Source: a virus
Lineage: Duplodnaviria > Caudoviricetes
Length of the DNA: 42,993 nucleotides
IMG/VR virus record: IMGVR_UViG_3300044448_004019
Span: 1 to 42,993 of that record
Reading direction: 5' to 3' (one strand)
The notes under the pieces were generated by a model that ran no database searches, had not been told where the DNA came from, and worked only from the letters and a program-made list of their open reading frames with translations. The position numbers and the translations under genes were made by a program. Shown here in pieces: positions 19,501 to 26,233 of the stretch (position 1 is the stretch's first letter; each line of letters starts with the position of its first letter).

Positions 19501-22500
19501 TTTCCGAGCTTCTTGAGCTAATCGGCTCTCAAGAAAACCTAAGCCAGCTGAGCAAAGAAGAGCTTGCTCAAGTTCAACAGCTGCTGCTAAACGCAGACTT
19601 TGAAGCCGAAGAACAGTTAGGCGCGATGATGTTGCGTCAGCTGCGCTACTTGAGCAACTTCCGGTCTAGGTTCCTGCGCGACATTCAGAAGCAGACTCGC
19701 GCGGCGCGTAAGCAGGTAGAGGACGACGAGCGGGAGAGACTGCAAAACCAAGGCATTTACAGGCTCCAAAAGTTCTTAACTACCGGCGAGTTTTTGAACG
19801 CTGACGGCGAAGCCGAGCCTACCGGTCTGCCCTCGAACCGCCTGCTGCGCACTGAGCAAACTGCATCTTTGCCGGACCGGATGCTGTCCAACACCGGGGT
19901 TTCGGCGGACGTTCTGGCTCCGGCTTTTGGGTTCCAGTCCGGTGACGATCTAATTGATTTGCTGGCTAGCAGCCAGACGCTTGACGAAGCAGTAGCCGCG
20001 GCAACTGACCGCCGCATGCTCGACGAGTTCAGCGAGTTGACAGACCCGTCAATCGTTGAAGAACGGTTAATCGAAGCCATGAGTGGGCCAGCGCTGCAAA
20101 AGCTACTGGCTACTCAGCTTCGTGCTTTCGATCAGGGGCTACCCGATTCACGCGTGCTGGTTTCCGCCGCGCGAGTTGTAGCCCGCCGCGCGATTGGCGA
20201 CGTAGACGTGGGCGCGCTTCGCCCAATCGACTACTCGCTAGCTGCAGGCCGCGCTCAGCGGCAGGCCGTGGAAGCTAGACGTAAGGGAGATCTGAGCGAG
20301 TACCGTCTAGCCATGCGCCGCGCGTTGTTCCAAAACGCAATGGCTGAAGAAGCCGCGAGTGTCCGTGACGAGTTGCGCAAGCAGACTAAGCGTTTGCGTG
20401 AACGAGTGCAGCGCACTGACAAGAAGCTAGCGAGCCAAGGTCGTTTGACGCCCATCGTCAAGCTAGCGCGCCAACTGTTAGCCGCCTACGGAGAAGCGAC
20501 ACCACCGCCTGAAGTCGCAGAAGATCCGCGCGCTGACGTGCTCGCGCCGTTGCAAGACCCTGATCTGTTTGCGCCTGAGCTTTACTTCGACCTAAGCACG
20601 CTGCGGAACGACGCGCTTGTCGCCGCCAAGCCGTTGAAGGAGATGAAAGTCGACGAAGCGCTAGACGCTCTCGACACTCTTGACGGGTTGTGGTTCCGCA
20701 GCAAGCGTGAACAAGACATCGTGATGGACGGCAAGCGGGTCGCGGTTGACTCGGTGCTAACCGAGATCGAAAAGACGCTCGAAGCGCACGACCGCGCAAC
20801 CCGAAAAGTCGCTGGGTCTCTGACAAAGTCAGAGAAACGAGGCCGGTGGTTGCGCGCGCAGAAGGCGCAGTTCACACGTATGCGCTACGCGCTAAAGGTG
20901 CTCGACCGCGGCAAGGCTGACGGCATCTTTACAAAGGCGATCTGGAGACGCGGCAAGGACGCCGCCAACCAGATGCGTTTAGACGAAACAAAATACCTGA
21001 AGCAAGTCGCCGAGCTTCTCGATTCGCTGGATCTGCCTGAAGGCACAATCACCGCGCGCGAGCTATCAAACGGTACCGACTTCGTCTTCGGCAACGACGG
21101 CACCAGCGGCAAAGCTCAGCTGCTTATGGGTCTGCTGCACAGCGGCAACGAGTCCAACTTGTTCAAGTTTACCGTCGGCTACAACATCGCCAAGTACAAC
21201 CCGCAGACGGGCAAGGCGGAAGGGGTTGAGCGCTGGCTGGAGTATGTGCAGAGCAAGATCGACGACGGCACCATCACCAAGGCTGACATGGACGCCGTCC
21301 AAAAAATCTGGGACTTGATGGAAGAGATCAAGCCGCTGGCGCAACGCGCCCACTTCAGCTTGTTCGGCTACAAGTTTAAGGAGATCCCGGCGCAACCGTT
21401 GACGTTCTCGTTCCCTGGAGTTGGCGAAGTTGTGTATCGCGGCGGCTACGTCCCCGCGCTGACAGACCCCAACCAAGTAGTCGACGCCCGACTGAACAGC
21501 TTTGACGACTCGCTAGAGTTCCAAAAGGCGATGCCTAATGTGCCGCGCGGGTTCACCCAAAACCGTGCCGCGCTCTACGCCGAGCCGCTAGACTTGGATC
21601 TTCGCCGTCTTGGTGTGCATATCCACTCGGTCTTGCTGTTCAGCCACCTTGCGCCTGCAGTCAAGGACATCCGCCGAGTCGTAGAAAACCCGCGCTTTAA
21701 GAGGGCAATCGACGCGGTAGACCCTGGGTTCCGATCGGAAATCTTGGTCCCGTGGATGGAAGCTTTGGCGTCGCAGCGGACGACCATGTCCGGCAAGGAC
21801 GCATGGGGCTGGCTAAACCGCTACAGGTCTCGGGCCGGTGCTGCCACGATGTTCGCCAACATCAAGAACACCGCGCAGAACTTGACCGGCATCGCGGTTG
21901 CGCTAGCAATCATCCCGCGCAAATACATGTTCCCTGCGCTTGGCGACGTGCTACGTGACCGCGAAGGAGCGATGCAGCGCGTCGCTGACCAGTCGGACTA
22001 CATGCGCGACCGCTTCGAAAGCCAGAACATCTACGAAGTTCGTGACCGGCTGGACGCGCTGCTAACTGAGCGTTCCAAAACAGGCAGCGTTGTTGCGTGG
22101 TTTGAGAAAAACGCGTACTGGATTCAGCGGCTAACGCAGGAACCGATCGACGCCGCGGTCTGGATCGCCGCCTACAACAAAGCTATCGCCGACCAAGGCG
22201 CCGGAGTAGACGGCGAAACCGCGCACCGGGAGGCGGTGTACCGCGCCGACGACGCGGTGCAGCAGACGCAAACGTCGAACAACCCCGAGGACTTGTCGGT
22301 ATCCGAGCGGGGTTCTGCAATGGCTAAGCTGTTCTTGCAGTTCCGAGGTTGGTTCATCAACTACGGCAACTTTATCGCGTCTGAAACTCAGATTCGCAGA
22401 ACCGGCGGTGAAGCGGAAGGCAGCCTTGCCGCGCTCTACATGATCGGCATCTTCGTTCCGCTGGTCGGCGCTGAAGTTATCGACTCGCTAGTCGACGGCG

Positions 22501-22922
22501 ACCCCGTTGACGAAGACGAAGACGGCGCAGTCTGGGACGACTTGTTGAGCCGGACGCTGCGAGCGCACATCTCAGCAATCACGGGCGCTGTGCCGATTTG
22601 GGGTGACGCCGCAGCAGTTGGTTTCGCCTCGCTGTTCGACCGGACCAGCTGGAACGCGCGAATGCCGGAGCCACCGACGCTGTCGGTGTTGCGACGCGGC
22701 CTCGTGTCAATCCGCAGCGGCGACTTCGAAGACGGGCGCAAGTTGCGCTCGGTGCTGTCGATGATCGCAACGATTAGCGGCGTCCCAGTTAACAAGTTGC
22801 TGGGACCGGCGATGTCCGGTTACGAGATGGCGACTGGGCAAGCCGACCTTAACGGTCAGTTCGGCTCCGCCGTTGAGATCCCGCGAGCTTTGTTGACGGG
22901 AAGAACTAACCGCCCGCGTTAG
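10515..22922 (+). CDS. Giant internal virion / DNA-ejection polyvalent protein (4135 aa)
   Basis: Uninterrupted 12.4 kb ORF, third in the ejection triplet. Gly/Ala hydrophobic N-terminal part, coiled coil (~12430-13000), HExxH motif (19074-19088), 'YRGGYVP' and a hydrophobic helical C-terminus. Confidence 0.75.
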   Translation: MLDYSQDPQDPQDPQGPVQSPTPKPPREFSQVERLFSLSQTPGLPQNVRDGLRSRAKEKQGTLLSLAVATKQDPQLAAETKQMAERLGVSEQDVANNPTYAKALLQAVEIQAAEQARRDPVLTRYMQDPELAKIAWDDYTTLKSGGVWVGNWAGGQLEAEKGRVGTLWRQNRATPADMEYLAEIEHQLLYELPSGNSWYGGPARLLGQMSSTIPRALRYGVSLAATAGIVGQMGPQAAFPEEVVTMPGAFWTGFYTGMTEGAFKIEGGIAYVDYRRAGYDHETARWSSFVVGALNSAAELVATKYFTVPALKGIGSAAAAGVRKLMQRKIRENTVEAVTAMTAGRALLKFAGGVAGGSASEISTEEFQELTLMVGEEISRAMSDTVGQQMKTRRKSFRGVDRSPLGVGEKGDYDIRYSDDGITVGADLFTAVTGMKTDRPMRLGVDYDENVFAEQYDIALPLSSAFQRGEVMQRLAETAIYTMKGVWLLAGVGPGVQLAIDSHRVKGAKRRHELLLKGDDAAALSKLAERDPNTFERYWADQFQNQDGEGRSDTVYVNKEIVTRLLEGLGMTKEELAVLLPDVARQLDESADVDSDIAIPVSEWLGKKLFNTPLGQAMQDHLRLGGKDSLSFAESAVYNKQVEEQVKALEENRSKLRAARQERRDAEAQAGKIEELDEQIAAVEEDIANLGLNEQDAEKLAEAHVKLEALQEQRAEVEKVASEAEVKDRAAEMRVEALEAQIQTAKAEIADARQAAAQARQDDNLAVAVAQDALADSAQKRLDEAQTELGKARRELAERQTVEDEAQAEEAEQKAPDARQLAQETTRIRQRLLRQLRSTGKFDSSQARIQSGLFAHMLEVMAVRLGMTPEAFEAKYGQFNIVATADGAAAVPMQQTQAAIVQATEVVQVDNTSAFNNEFPEMRVAQIDDNFVYFVVRTEDAQTLLNDQQLDLDAVPLGLGSARTGVRFWVERAKELTGTDKLTVVRVPQALVNAEGSALRYDKAQSDQAQAETFKLDSTLDLGETAREQYNELVAARNAVVQELSETALLSALAQGNSVPVASLSAVQNAGQLGSGGAITLVGTKDSLGPSATSGAAQDAAASRAVSMQSQVSPEGQQFLQDRLEAALTRFVEAGGDVKTLGPEFTEIIYPSLPGNTTTSPLYAFVQANADNHFLVHALLSTPGRAPAIAIADDAMFTRVTRPLGYEFFDQELASYLATEGARILQVLPATARLVEVSAELREQLGAAALRTGRQDLVDSLTAPDAAAVMQAATLRQLVAAAEMYNSLAVNTQTLSRANREKVLLDYMGRYISNQLQLNGESVEATPENILEAAVRLDRSASGATGPSVINGRSNTISLTAARDQLGPSLYGQRWHFGVRAKSLEFQRFEVWREALTNGNRQAWGEPALRALFAVTQQDSPTVETAYRALEAHGFTDVAPDVVQETLQIAELVRANPFDFFESQLDQSVGIDRFQIAMVSPTVDQVTRRALRDRGLRVFVYGARRVVDTTKALNTLDDGSVLRQDQDPQSDIGPLYSRLTRAIQTTEGKKAKSAAQWRQAANAWRNKGAVGETELDYSGFEELMTIMEAEGIKATPAELAEAFTTRKADTSVAEAAGRAGAGEIRLRELDLLQSPILKYESDGYAAVSVSTPRSVPHPETGRYEIVAVSSETVDTSNIHRGYSAFSVTPDGLITAIARLQLRDQKGAFPVSAEDVAILSQQQDIFTDPLRLDQSDAVTRFSQGDPVVVSAALFAELGQDVQGAAYVLVDRQSVLSEDNLAMSDQQIAQEFFNLLSQRAQQDDLEWFALPTSLDASRISIAAETYKLDWTADERAYAVNRGETLEESPFEGQVFATKEEANSALAQKYPPTASMSVGANTTAGQRGLTISIADGQWLMVENETGDEIATSEEYPGVRLADPTWAANAGTGYADETDVIRDMVGEAMVPWLRANAKKLSSLQPYTQWQGITLAAKTSGYANPENYREFVWVFDTRAKKVGKPPRGSGSNQSYYHFQDAIFHVRVYDVYDAQGRKMLWVQEFQSDWARAGYAQGLFKYPEAKRGPDSAVVKEYNKLKDQLDVAQREYSVYEDAAVNRRIALSNNLGDFSYNENQEFSPAGKIFLSNGELAEWGLRRRGTYPDFTGGEYVDVVVRADEAADIRGRGAEAELTVGRVRMLTRSHVDGSKAFAQNATLEFEVAGLHYDFANRPDMANIDVVKTRDFYTDLAVALPFKLMTLLKAEQVALTTSRDISGSQTADLNQAIRDNSDFVDVSSSTVDKMEINQSDELSGYLSVTRVDQSLVDSRKTLAEKKKPLLALQQRVKKAEKIATGQGSINIAPLVTSRNAWNEFAVKRVTALAVRENYAGVVFITGDEGQVASYGVLSGQRAAYDTDLPNAVKKSVLKKGKAKLEKIAIPFHRDVKAADERSEQGIKPSAREVKAERQALRDDANKAQGVLEHSMREAFKFTLLHDLVDAEATDFWSTSMSDAQFQALKPLLKDELLPYAVSAISSGYSVFTANDNGTVTVENYPLWSRRQSNKFNEKMAKHLGHQLRQISPVDKVGGAVPPLDKDALLPEVSDENFVQGWDANSNPVQEFAGLQWKYVELTNPTYGDILYVVRHPNHPAIEFYIGTNRAYNRFSIAPVYVRRREGQAALANGDLTDVELADWATAIKRIRTEFDIGVKFVSRFATKLSEIDYAEPSVIERRQGRRSAETSVLAQLNNAERVDDWRASRDTKRVTAVPRSALANTQRKVAETRSVEDVDRYLEAFVEDPVAREKIAERIADDLLAVQEATAKSGWNPGFYINDKIRQMFGGEQPYLQEGEEDMAPARGAINLRTMAVSLGPNASVSTFFHESAHYFFELMLMIAQRGDATQDILDDLAVLAEWGNYASVDQLLQATRAERKKLHEAFAYSFEKYLANGKVESADRSLLGLLRSVRRWIVNAYRDMVGSTVNAIYQREFGEAMPELSEEVQAVMSRLIQTQEMVEYAKKVRSLSELLELIGSQENLSQLSKEELAQVQQLLLNADFEAEEQLGAMMLRQLRYLSNFRSRFLRDIQKQTRAARKQVEDDERERLQNQGIYRLQKFLTTGEFLNADGEAEPTGLPSNRLLRTEQTASLPDRMLSNTGVSADVLAPAFGFQSGDDLIDLLASSQTLDEAVAAATDRRMLDEFSELTDPSIVEERLIEAMSGPALQKLLATQLRAFDQGLPDSRVLVSAARVVARRAIGDVDVGALRPIDYSLAAGRAQRQAVEARRKGDLSEYRLAMRRALFQNAMAEEAASVRDELRKQTKRLRERVQRTDKKLASQGRLTPIVKLARQLLAAYGEATPPPEVAEDPRADVLAPLQDPDLFAPELYFDLSTLRNDALVAAKPLKEMKVDEALDALDTLDGLWFRSKREQDIVMDGKRVAVDSVLTEIEKTLEAHDRATRKVAGSLTKSEKRGRWLRAQKAQFTRMRYALKVLDRGKADGIFTKAIWRRGKDAANQMRLDETKYLKQVAELLDSLDLPEGTITARELSNGTDFVFGNDGTSGKAQLLMGLLHSGNESNLFKFTVGYNIAKYNPQTGKAEGVERWLEYVQSKIDDGTITKADMDAVQKIWDLMEEIKPLAQRAHFSLFGYKFKEIPAQPLTFSFPGVGEVVYRGGYVPALTDPNQVVDARLNSFDDSLEFQKAMPNVPRGFTQNRAALYAEPLDLDLRRLGVHIHSVLLFSHLAPAVKDIRRVVENPRFKRAIDAVDPGFRSEILVPWMEALASQRTTMSGKDAWGWLNRYRSRAGAATMFANIKNTAQNLTGIAVALAIIPRKYMFPALGDVLRDREGAMQRVADQSDYMRDRFESQNIYEVRDRLDALLTERSKTGSVVAWFEKNAYWIQRLTQEPIDAAVWIAAYNKAIADQGAGVDGETAHREAVYRADDAVQQTQTSNNPEDLSVSERGSAMAKLFLQFRGWFINYGNFIASETQIRRTGGEAEGSLAALYMIGIFVPLVGAEVIDSLVDGDPVDEDEDGAVWDDLLSRTLRAHISAITGAVPIWGDAAAVGFASLFDRTSWNARMPEPPTLSVLRRGLVSIRSGDFEDGRKLRSVLSMIATISGVPVNKLLGPAMSGYEMATGQADLNGQFGSAVEIPRALLTGRTNRPR

Positions 22923-23035
22923 CGGGCTAGCGCGCAGTAGGCGATTAGCCAGACGGGAAGAGACAAGATCAGCCCGTTCACCAGACCTTTAAAGAAACTG
23001 CGAGCGCGAGGGTCAGGCGGGTACACGTCAGTCAT
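22919..23035 (-). CDS. Small membrane protein (38 aa, MTDVYPPDPRARSFFKGLVNGLILSLPVWLIAYCALAR)
   Basis: Hand-translated. The ATG overlaps the end of the 23028-23321 gene, the ORF fills the gap exactly, and it has one hydrophobic segment. Confidence 0.55.
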   Translation of the reverse strand: MTDVYPPDPRARSFFKGLVNGLILSLPVWLIAYCALAR

Positions 23036-23321
23036 CTAAGAGCTTGCGCCGCTCGCGGTTTTGCGCTCGACGGCGTGACACGCGAATAGCTTCGGCAACA
23101 ACGTCGGCGGGCTGGTCAAGACCCTTAGCCAGCCGGTGAACCGTCCAAGAGCGGACGCGGCTTGGCTCCGTCTTGCCCGCCATAAGCTCAAACAAGTGCG
23201 ACCGATTAACGCAACACGTCGTTGCGATCTCGTCCATAGTGCGATCAGGGTCTTCGTCAAGGCGGTCTTTGCGTTGAGCTTGCTTAACTAGCGCACGCAG
23301 ATCCGGGTTAGCAGATGTCAT
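23028..23321 (-). CDS. XRE/Cro-like helix-turn-helix protein
   Basis: 'TMDEIATTCCVNRSHLFELMAGKTEP...TVHRLAKGLD' fits the HTH-XRE pattern. Confidence 0.7.
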   Translation of the reverse strand: MTSANPDLRALVKQAQRKDRLDEDPDRTMDEIATTCCVNRSHLFELMAGKTEPSRVRSWTVHRLAKGLDQPADVVAEAIRVSRRRAQNRERRKLLDD

Positions 23322-23437
23322 GGGGTTACGATGTAAACAAAGAGGAAATAGAAGAGCCAGAACAGCCCAACCAAGAAACCGCGCACAGTCAGTCTGCCGT
23401 CGCCGTCGGGTGTAGTATGCCTGCGTTGCTTCGCCAT
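23318..23437 (-). CDS. Small membrane protein (39 aa)
   Basis: ATG two bases after the polymerase stop, C-terminal hydrophobic run 'FLVGLFWLFYFLFVYIV', and ATGA overlap with the next gene. Confidence 0.55.
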   Translation of the reverse strand: MAKQRRHTTPDGDGRLTVRGFLVGLFWLFYFLFVYIVTP

Positions 23438-23439
23438 GT

Positions 23440-25470
23440 CTAGCCCTGAAACATCAAACTGCGGTAACCCTCGGCGGTGACCGGGCACCCAAACGCCCAC
23501 TCAGGTAGCTCCGTCATGTGGTAGCAGAACTCATCGACAGTACGCGTATCGCTGTGCGAGATCTCCGCGACTACGCTGTCGTGGACGTGCAGCACGACAG
23601 GGAACCCTTTCGCCTCCAGGTTAACCAAGGCGTGCGCTAGCAGATCACGCGCAACAGCTTGCGTCACGTTCTCGACGAGCTTTCCGCCGTACGTCGTCTC
23701 TTGCACCATGCGGCTTTTGTTGGAGCCGACGGTGTAGAATTGAATCTCAGACACGTCAAGCTCGCGCTCTTCGATCTGACCTTCAGGCGTCACGCAAGGG
23801 ATCATCCGAGTGGCTCGGCGAAGACGCGGGCGCCAATACCTAATCGAGCGGCCCGATGGCAGTCTAATTACTAGGCACCGGCTGTCGGCGGCGACCGCAA
23901 GCTTGCCAACTTCGTACTTCACCCCGCGGTTCTCAATCGCGTTCCGCACCGCGGTCTCTAGCTCAAACCAGAAGTTTACGATGTTGCTGTTAGCGTCGCG
24001 CCAAGCCCGCTGCACGCGGCGAGCTTCTTTCAAGTCCAGCGGCACGCCCCACGACGTCGCGGTGCTGGCGAACTTGATCGGCCCCATGCCGTAGCCCAGC
24101 GCAAGAGTACAGACCTTACCCAGCTGACGGCTGTCGCTGCCGACGTCTTCCGCGGCTTTGACGTAGATGTCTGCGCCCGACCTAAACAGATCAAGCAGCG
24201 CCGCGTCGTCGGCTAGCCATGCCAGCACCCGCGCTTCAATCGCGGCGTAGTCCGCCCCAATCAAGTCTTTGCCTGCGCCTGCGACGATCATCGCCCTTAG
24301 CGACTCCGACATCGCCTCAAGCGGTCGTGTCTCCGTTGCGACCAGTTTGTCCAGCGAACCCTCGCGGATGTAGCCAAGCACTCGGTCGCGGTGCTCCGGG
24401 TCGCGCTTGTCCTTCGGCAAGTTGTGAACTTGAATGCCCGATGACGCCCAACGTCCGGTATGCGCAACGCTGTACCGCAGCGCGCCGCGCAACCTGCCGT
24501 CGCTGCCGATCATGTTCGGCACTCGCTTCAGCTTGGCCAACGACGCGCTCTTGTTGGCTTCGACCCGGTTAGTCAGAACTTCGCGAACCGCGCCTTCGAT
24601 GTCATCTCGCGCCAACATCTCGTTAACCGCGACCTTGTTCAGCGTCTCGACTTCCCGCGTCGCCCCGCCCTCTTTCCGCTCCGTCACCGGGAGTTCGACG
24701 CCCTCTTCTTTCAGCCACGCTTTAAGTGACGGCGTGCTGGTGCTGTTCGCCAACAACGACCCGGTGATCCGAAACACGTCGTTGCCCAGCTGAAGCTTCC
24801 GCCGCTCCGCCATCAAAGCCAAATGCCCGACGAAGTCGGTATCAATGCACACGCCCCGGTGGTTGATCTTTTGGTCAACGTGCCACGCCTCTAGCTCGTG
24901 GTCCGGCATCGAAGGTAGCCGGAACCACACGTTAAGCGTGGCCTCTACGTCAGCCTCGCAGTAGTCCATCAACGCGGTCATCTGGTCGTCGGTCATCGCC
25001 GGGTACAGGTAGCCGTCGGTGTCGGGGTCGGCATTTGCAACCGCGACAGACCGCATCAGAGCGCTGCCTTCCATGTCTTTTTGGGCTGCGCTCTTGTAGA
25101 TCCCGGCTAGCCCTTCCAGCGACAGCGGCAAGTTAGCCAAAGCGGCAGCGGCTTGTGTGTCGCGCCACTGCCTCAGCTTCGGCTTCGGCCACCCAAACTC
25201 AGGTGTCAAGATGTGTTCCCAGATAGCCATCTCAAACGCGGCGTTGTGCGCGAGCAGCACGCCGTCGTTAGTGACCCACTCAACAATGCTCTCGGGCAAG
25301 TCCATGCCCGGCGCCCACGTCCAAATGTGGGGTTCGTCGGTGGCAGAATCCTGCGTCCCGAAGGACACACACCAGACGCGTGTGCTCTCGTGCGCCGCGT
25401 AAGCGTGCGCGCCGTTGCGGATCGACGCAGCTGAGCACGTCTCGATGTCAACGCACAGAATCTTAGACAT
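23440..25470 (-). CDS. polA: Family A DNA polymerase with 3'-5' exonuclease (APSE/SPO2-type)
   Basis: Exo motifs 'DIET', 'AHNAAFE' and 'YCEADV'; 'TGRWAS'; motif A 'DYAAIEARV'; motif B 'RQLGKVCTLALGYG'; motif C 'VHD'. Confidence 0.95.
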   Translation of the reverse strand: MSKILCVDIETCSAASIRNGAHAYAAHESTRVWCVSFGTQDSATDEPHIWTWAPGMDLPESIVEWVTNDGVLLAHNAAFEMAIWEHILTPEFGWPKPKLRQWRDTQAAAALANLPLSLEGLAGIYKSAAQKDMEGSALMRSVAVANADPDTDGYLYPAMTDDQMTALMDYCEADVEATLNVWFRLPSMPDHELEAWHVDQKINHRGVCIDTDFVGHLALMAERRKLQLGNDVFRITGSLLANSTSTPSLKAWLKEEGVELPVTERKEGGATREVETLNKVAVNEMLARDDIEGAVREVLTNRVEANKSASLAKLKRVPNMIGSDGRLRGALRYSVAHTGRWASSGIQVHNLPKDKRDPEHRDRVLGYIREGSLDKLVATETRPLEAMSESLRAMIVAGAGKDLIGADYAAIEARVLAWLADDAALLDLFRSGADIYVKAAEDVGSDSRQLGKVCTLALGYGMGPIKFASTATSWGVPLDLKEARRVQRAWRDANSNIVNFWFELETAVRNAIENRGVKYEVGKLAVAADSRCLVIRLPSGRSIRYWRPRLRRATRMIPCVTPEGQIEERELDVSEIQFYTVGSNKSRMVQETTYGGKLVENVTQAVARDLLAHALVNLEAKGFPVVLHVHDSVVAEISHSDTRTVDEFCYHMTELPEWAFGCPVTAEGYRSLMFQG

Positions 25471-25476
25471 GGCCTA

Positions 25477-25504
25477 ATTAAAAAGTGGGGCCGTCGGACG
25501 TCAA
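25477..25504 (-). promoter_or_regulatory. Putative sigma70-type promoter for a (near-)leaderless polA transcript
   Basis: TTGACG-N16-TTTAAT-N6-ATG, with no clear Shine-Dalgarno. Confidence 0.4.
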
Positions 25505-25603
25505 TCCGAACGCGGCGAGAACCGCGCGGCGGCGCTGGGCATTGTCCGGTCAGTAACTAGCCCAGGGCTTTTCAGCGGGAGGGGGGATACGCCACCCGGC
25601 CCC
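25487..25603 (-). ncRNA. Putative structured RNA A (multi-stem, tRNA-like acceptor/T-arm stack)
   Basis: GGGGCCG/CGGCCCC closing stem; GGTGGCG/CGCCGCC; CTGGGC/GCCCAG; CGCGG/CCGCG; TCGGA/TCCGA. Confidence 0.5.
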
Positions 25604-25610
25604 GAATGCA

Positions 25611-26219
25611 TCAGGCAAACAAGTCGTCGGCGTCGGCAGCGTCATCGCTGTCCAGCGCCTCAAACGCGTCTGCGCTACTGCTAGCGCCTGTGCCGAACGG
25701 CTCGTCGTCGCGGACGAACTGAACGGCCTTCAAGCCGAACGACACGCCCTTGCCACCCGTCGGGTGCTCCCAGGCGTACGCGTTCAGGTGGAACCTGACC
25801 CAAGCGCCCGCGTAAACGCGCGCCTCAGCCTCGCTCACCTTCGCCTCGCGCTCTTCAGCTGACAGACCTAGAAGGTCTCGCACGTCGAGCAACGGCTTCT
25901 TCTGGCGATCAACAACGGCAGGCGCGTGGTTCGCGTTGACGTTGATGAAGTGCCACCCTTCCTCGTAGCCGTCGTAGTCCTTTTCGGCGGCGTCGTGGAT
26001 GGGGTTCTTAGCTGGCGACAGCTTGAACTTGTCTCCGAACTTTTCACGCAAAGCCGCCTTCATGGCAGCTTCGAACGGCTCAAGGCTGACGTCTGGCGGG
26101 ATCATGACCACCGCTTGGTACGTTTCCTTGGTCGCGCCAGGGACTGCGCGCTTCGTGAACAGAGACGGGAAGTGGATACGCACAGGCGGCGTGACCACGT
26201 CAGTTTTGGATAGGGCCAT
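25611..26219 (-). CDS. ssb: Phage single-stranded DNA-binding protein (DUF2815 / gp2.5-like)
   Basis: 'RIHFPSLF', 'VYAGAWVR', 'KGVSFGLKAVQFVRDDEPF' and an acidic tail ending 'DDLFA'. Lies between the nuclease and polymerase genes. Confidence 0.9.
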   Translation of the reverse strand: MALSKTDVVTPPVRIHFPSLFTKRAVPGATKETYQAVVMIPPDVSLEPFEAAMKAALREKFGDKFKLSPAKNPIHDAAEKDYDGYEEGWHFINVNANHAPAVVDRQKKPLLDVRDLLGLSAEEREAKVSEAEARVYAGAWVRFHLNAYAWEHPTGGKGVSFGLKAVQFVRDDEPFGTGASSSADAFEALDSDDAADADDLFA

Positions 26220-26233
26220 CGTTCTACTCCTTA

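Noticed and set aside
10515-22922. Virion-encapsidated RNA polymerase (N4- or crAss-like) in the giant ORF
   Set aside because: I found no DxDGD/DFDID-type catalytic motif or T7-like motif set in a plausible context. The acidic 'DGDPVDEDEDG' lies in the hydrophobic C-terminal region. Size alone is not evidence.
22923-23440. BPP-1-type diversity-generating retroelement after the virion genes
   Set aside because: No reverse transcriptase ORF and no TR/VR repeat pair seen.
25487-25603. Canonical tRNA or tmRNA gene
   Set aside because: Lacks the TTCRA loop, a 7-nt anticodon loop, the G3-U70 pair and an encoded CCA; kept only as tRNA-like.
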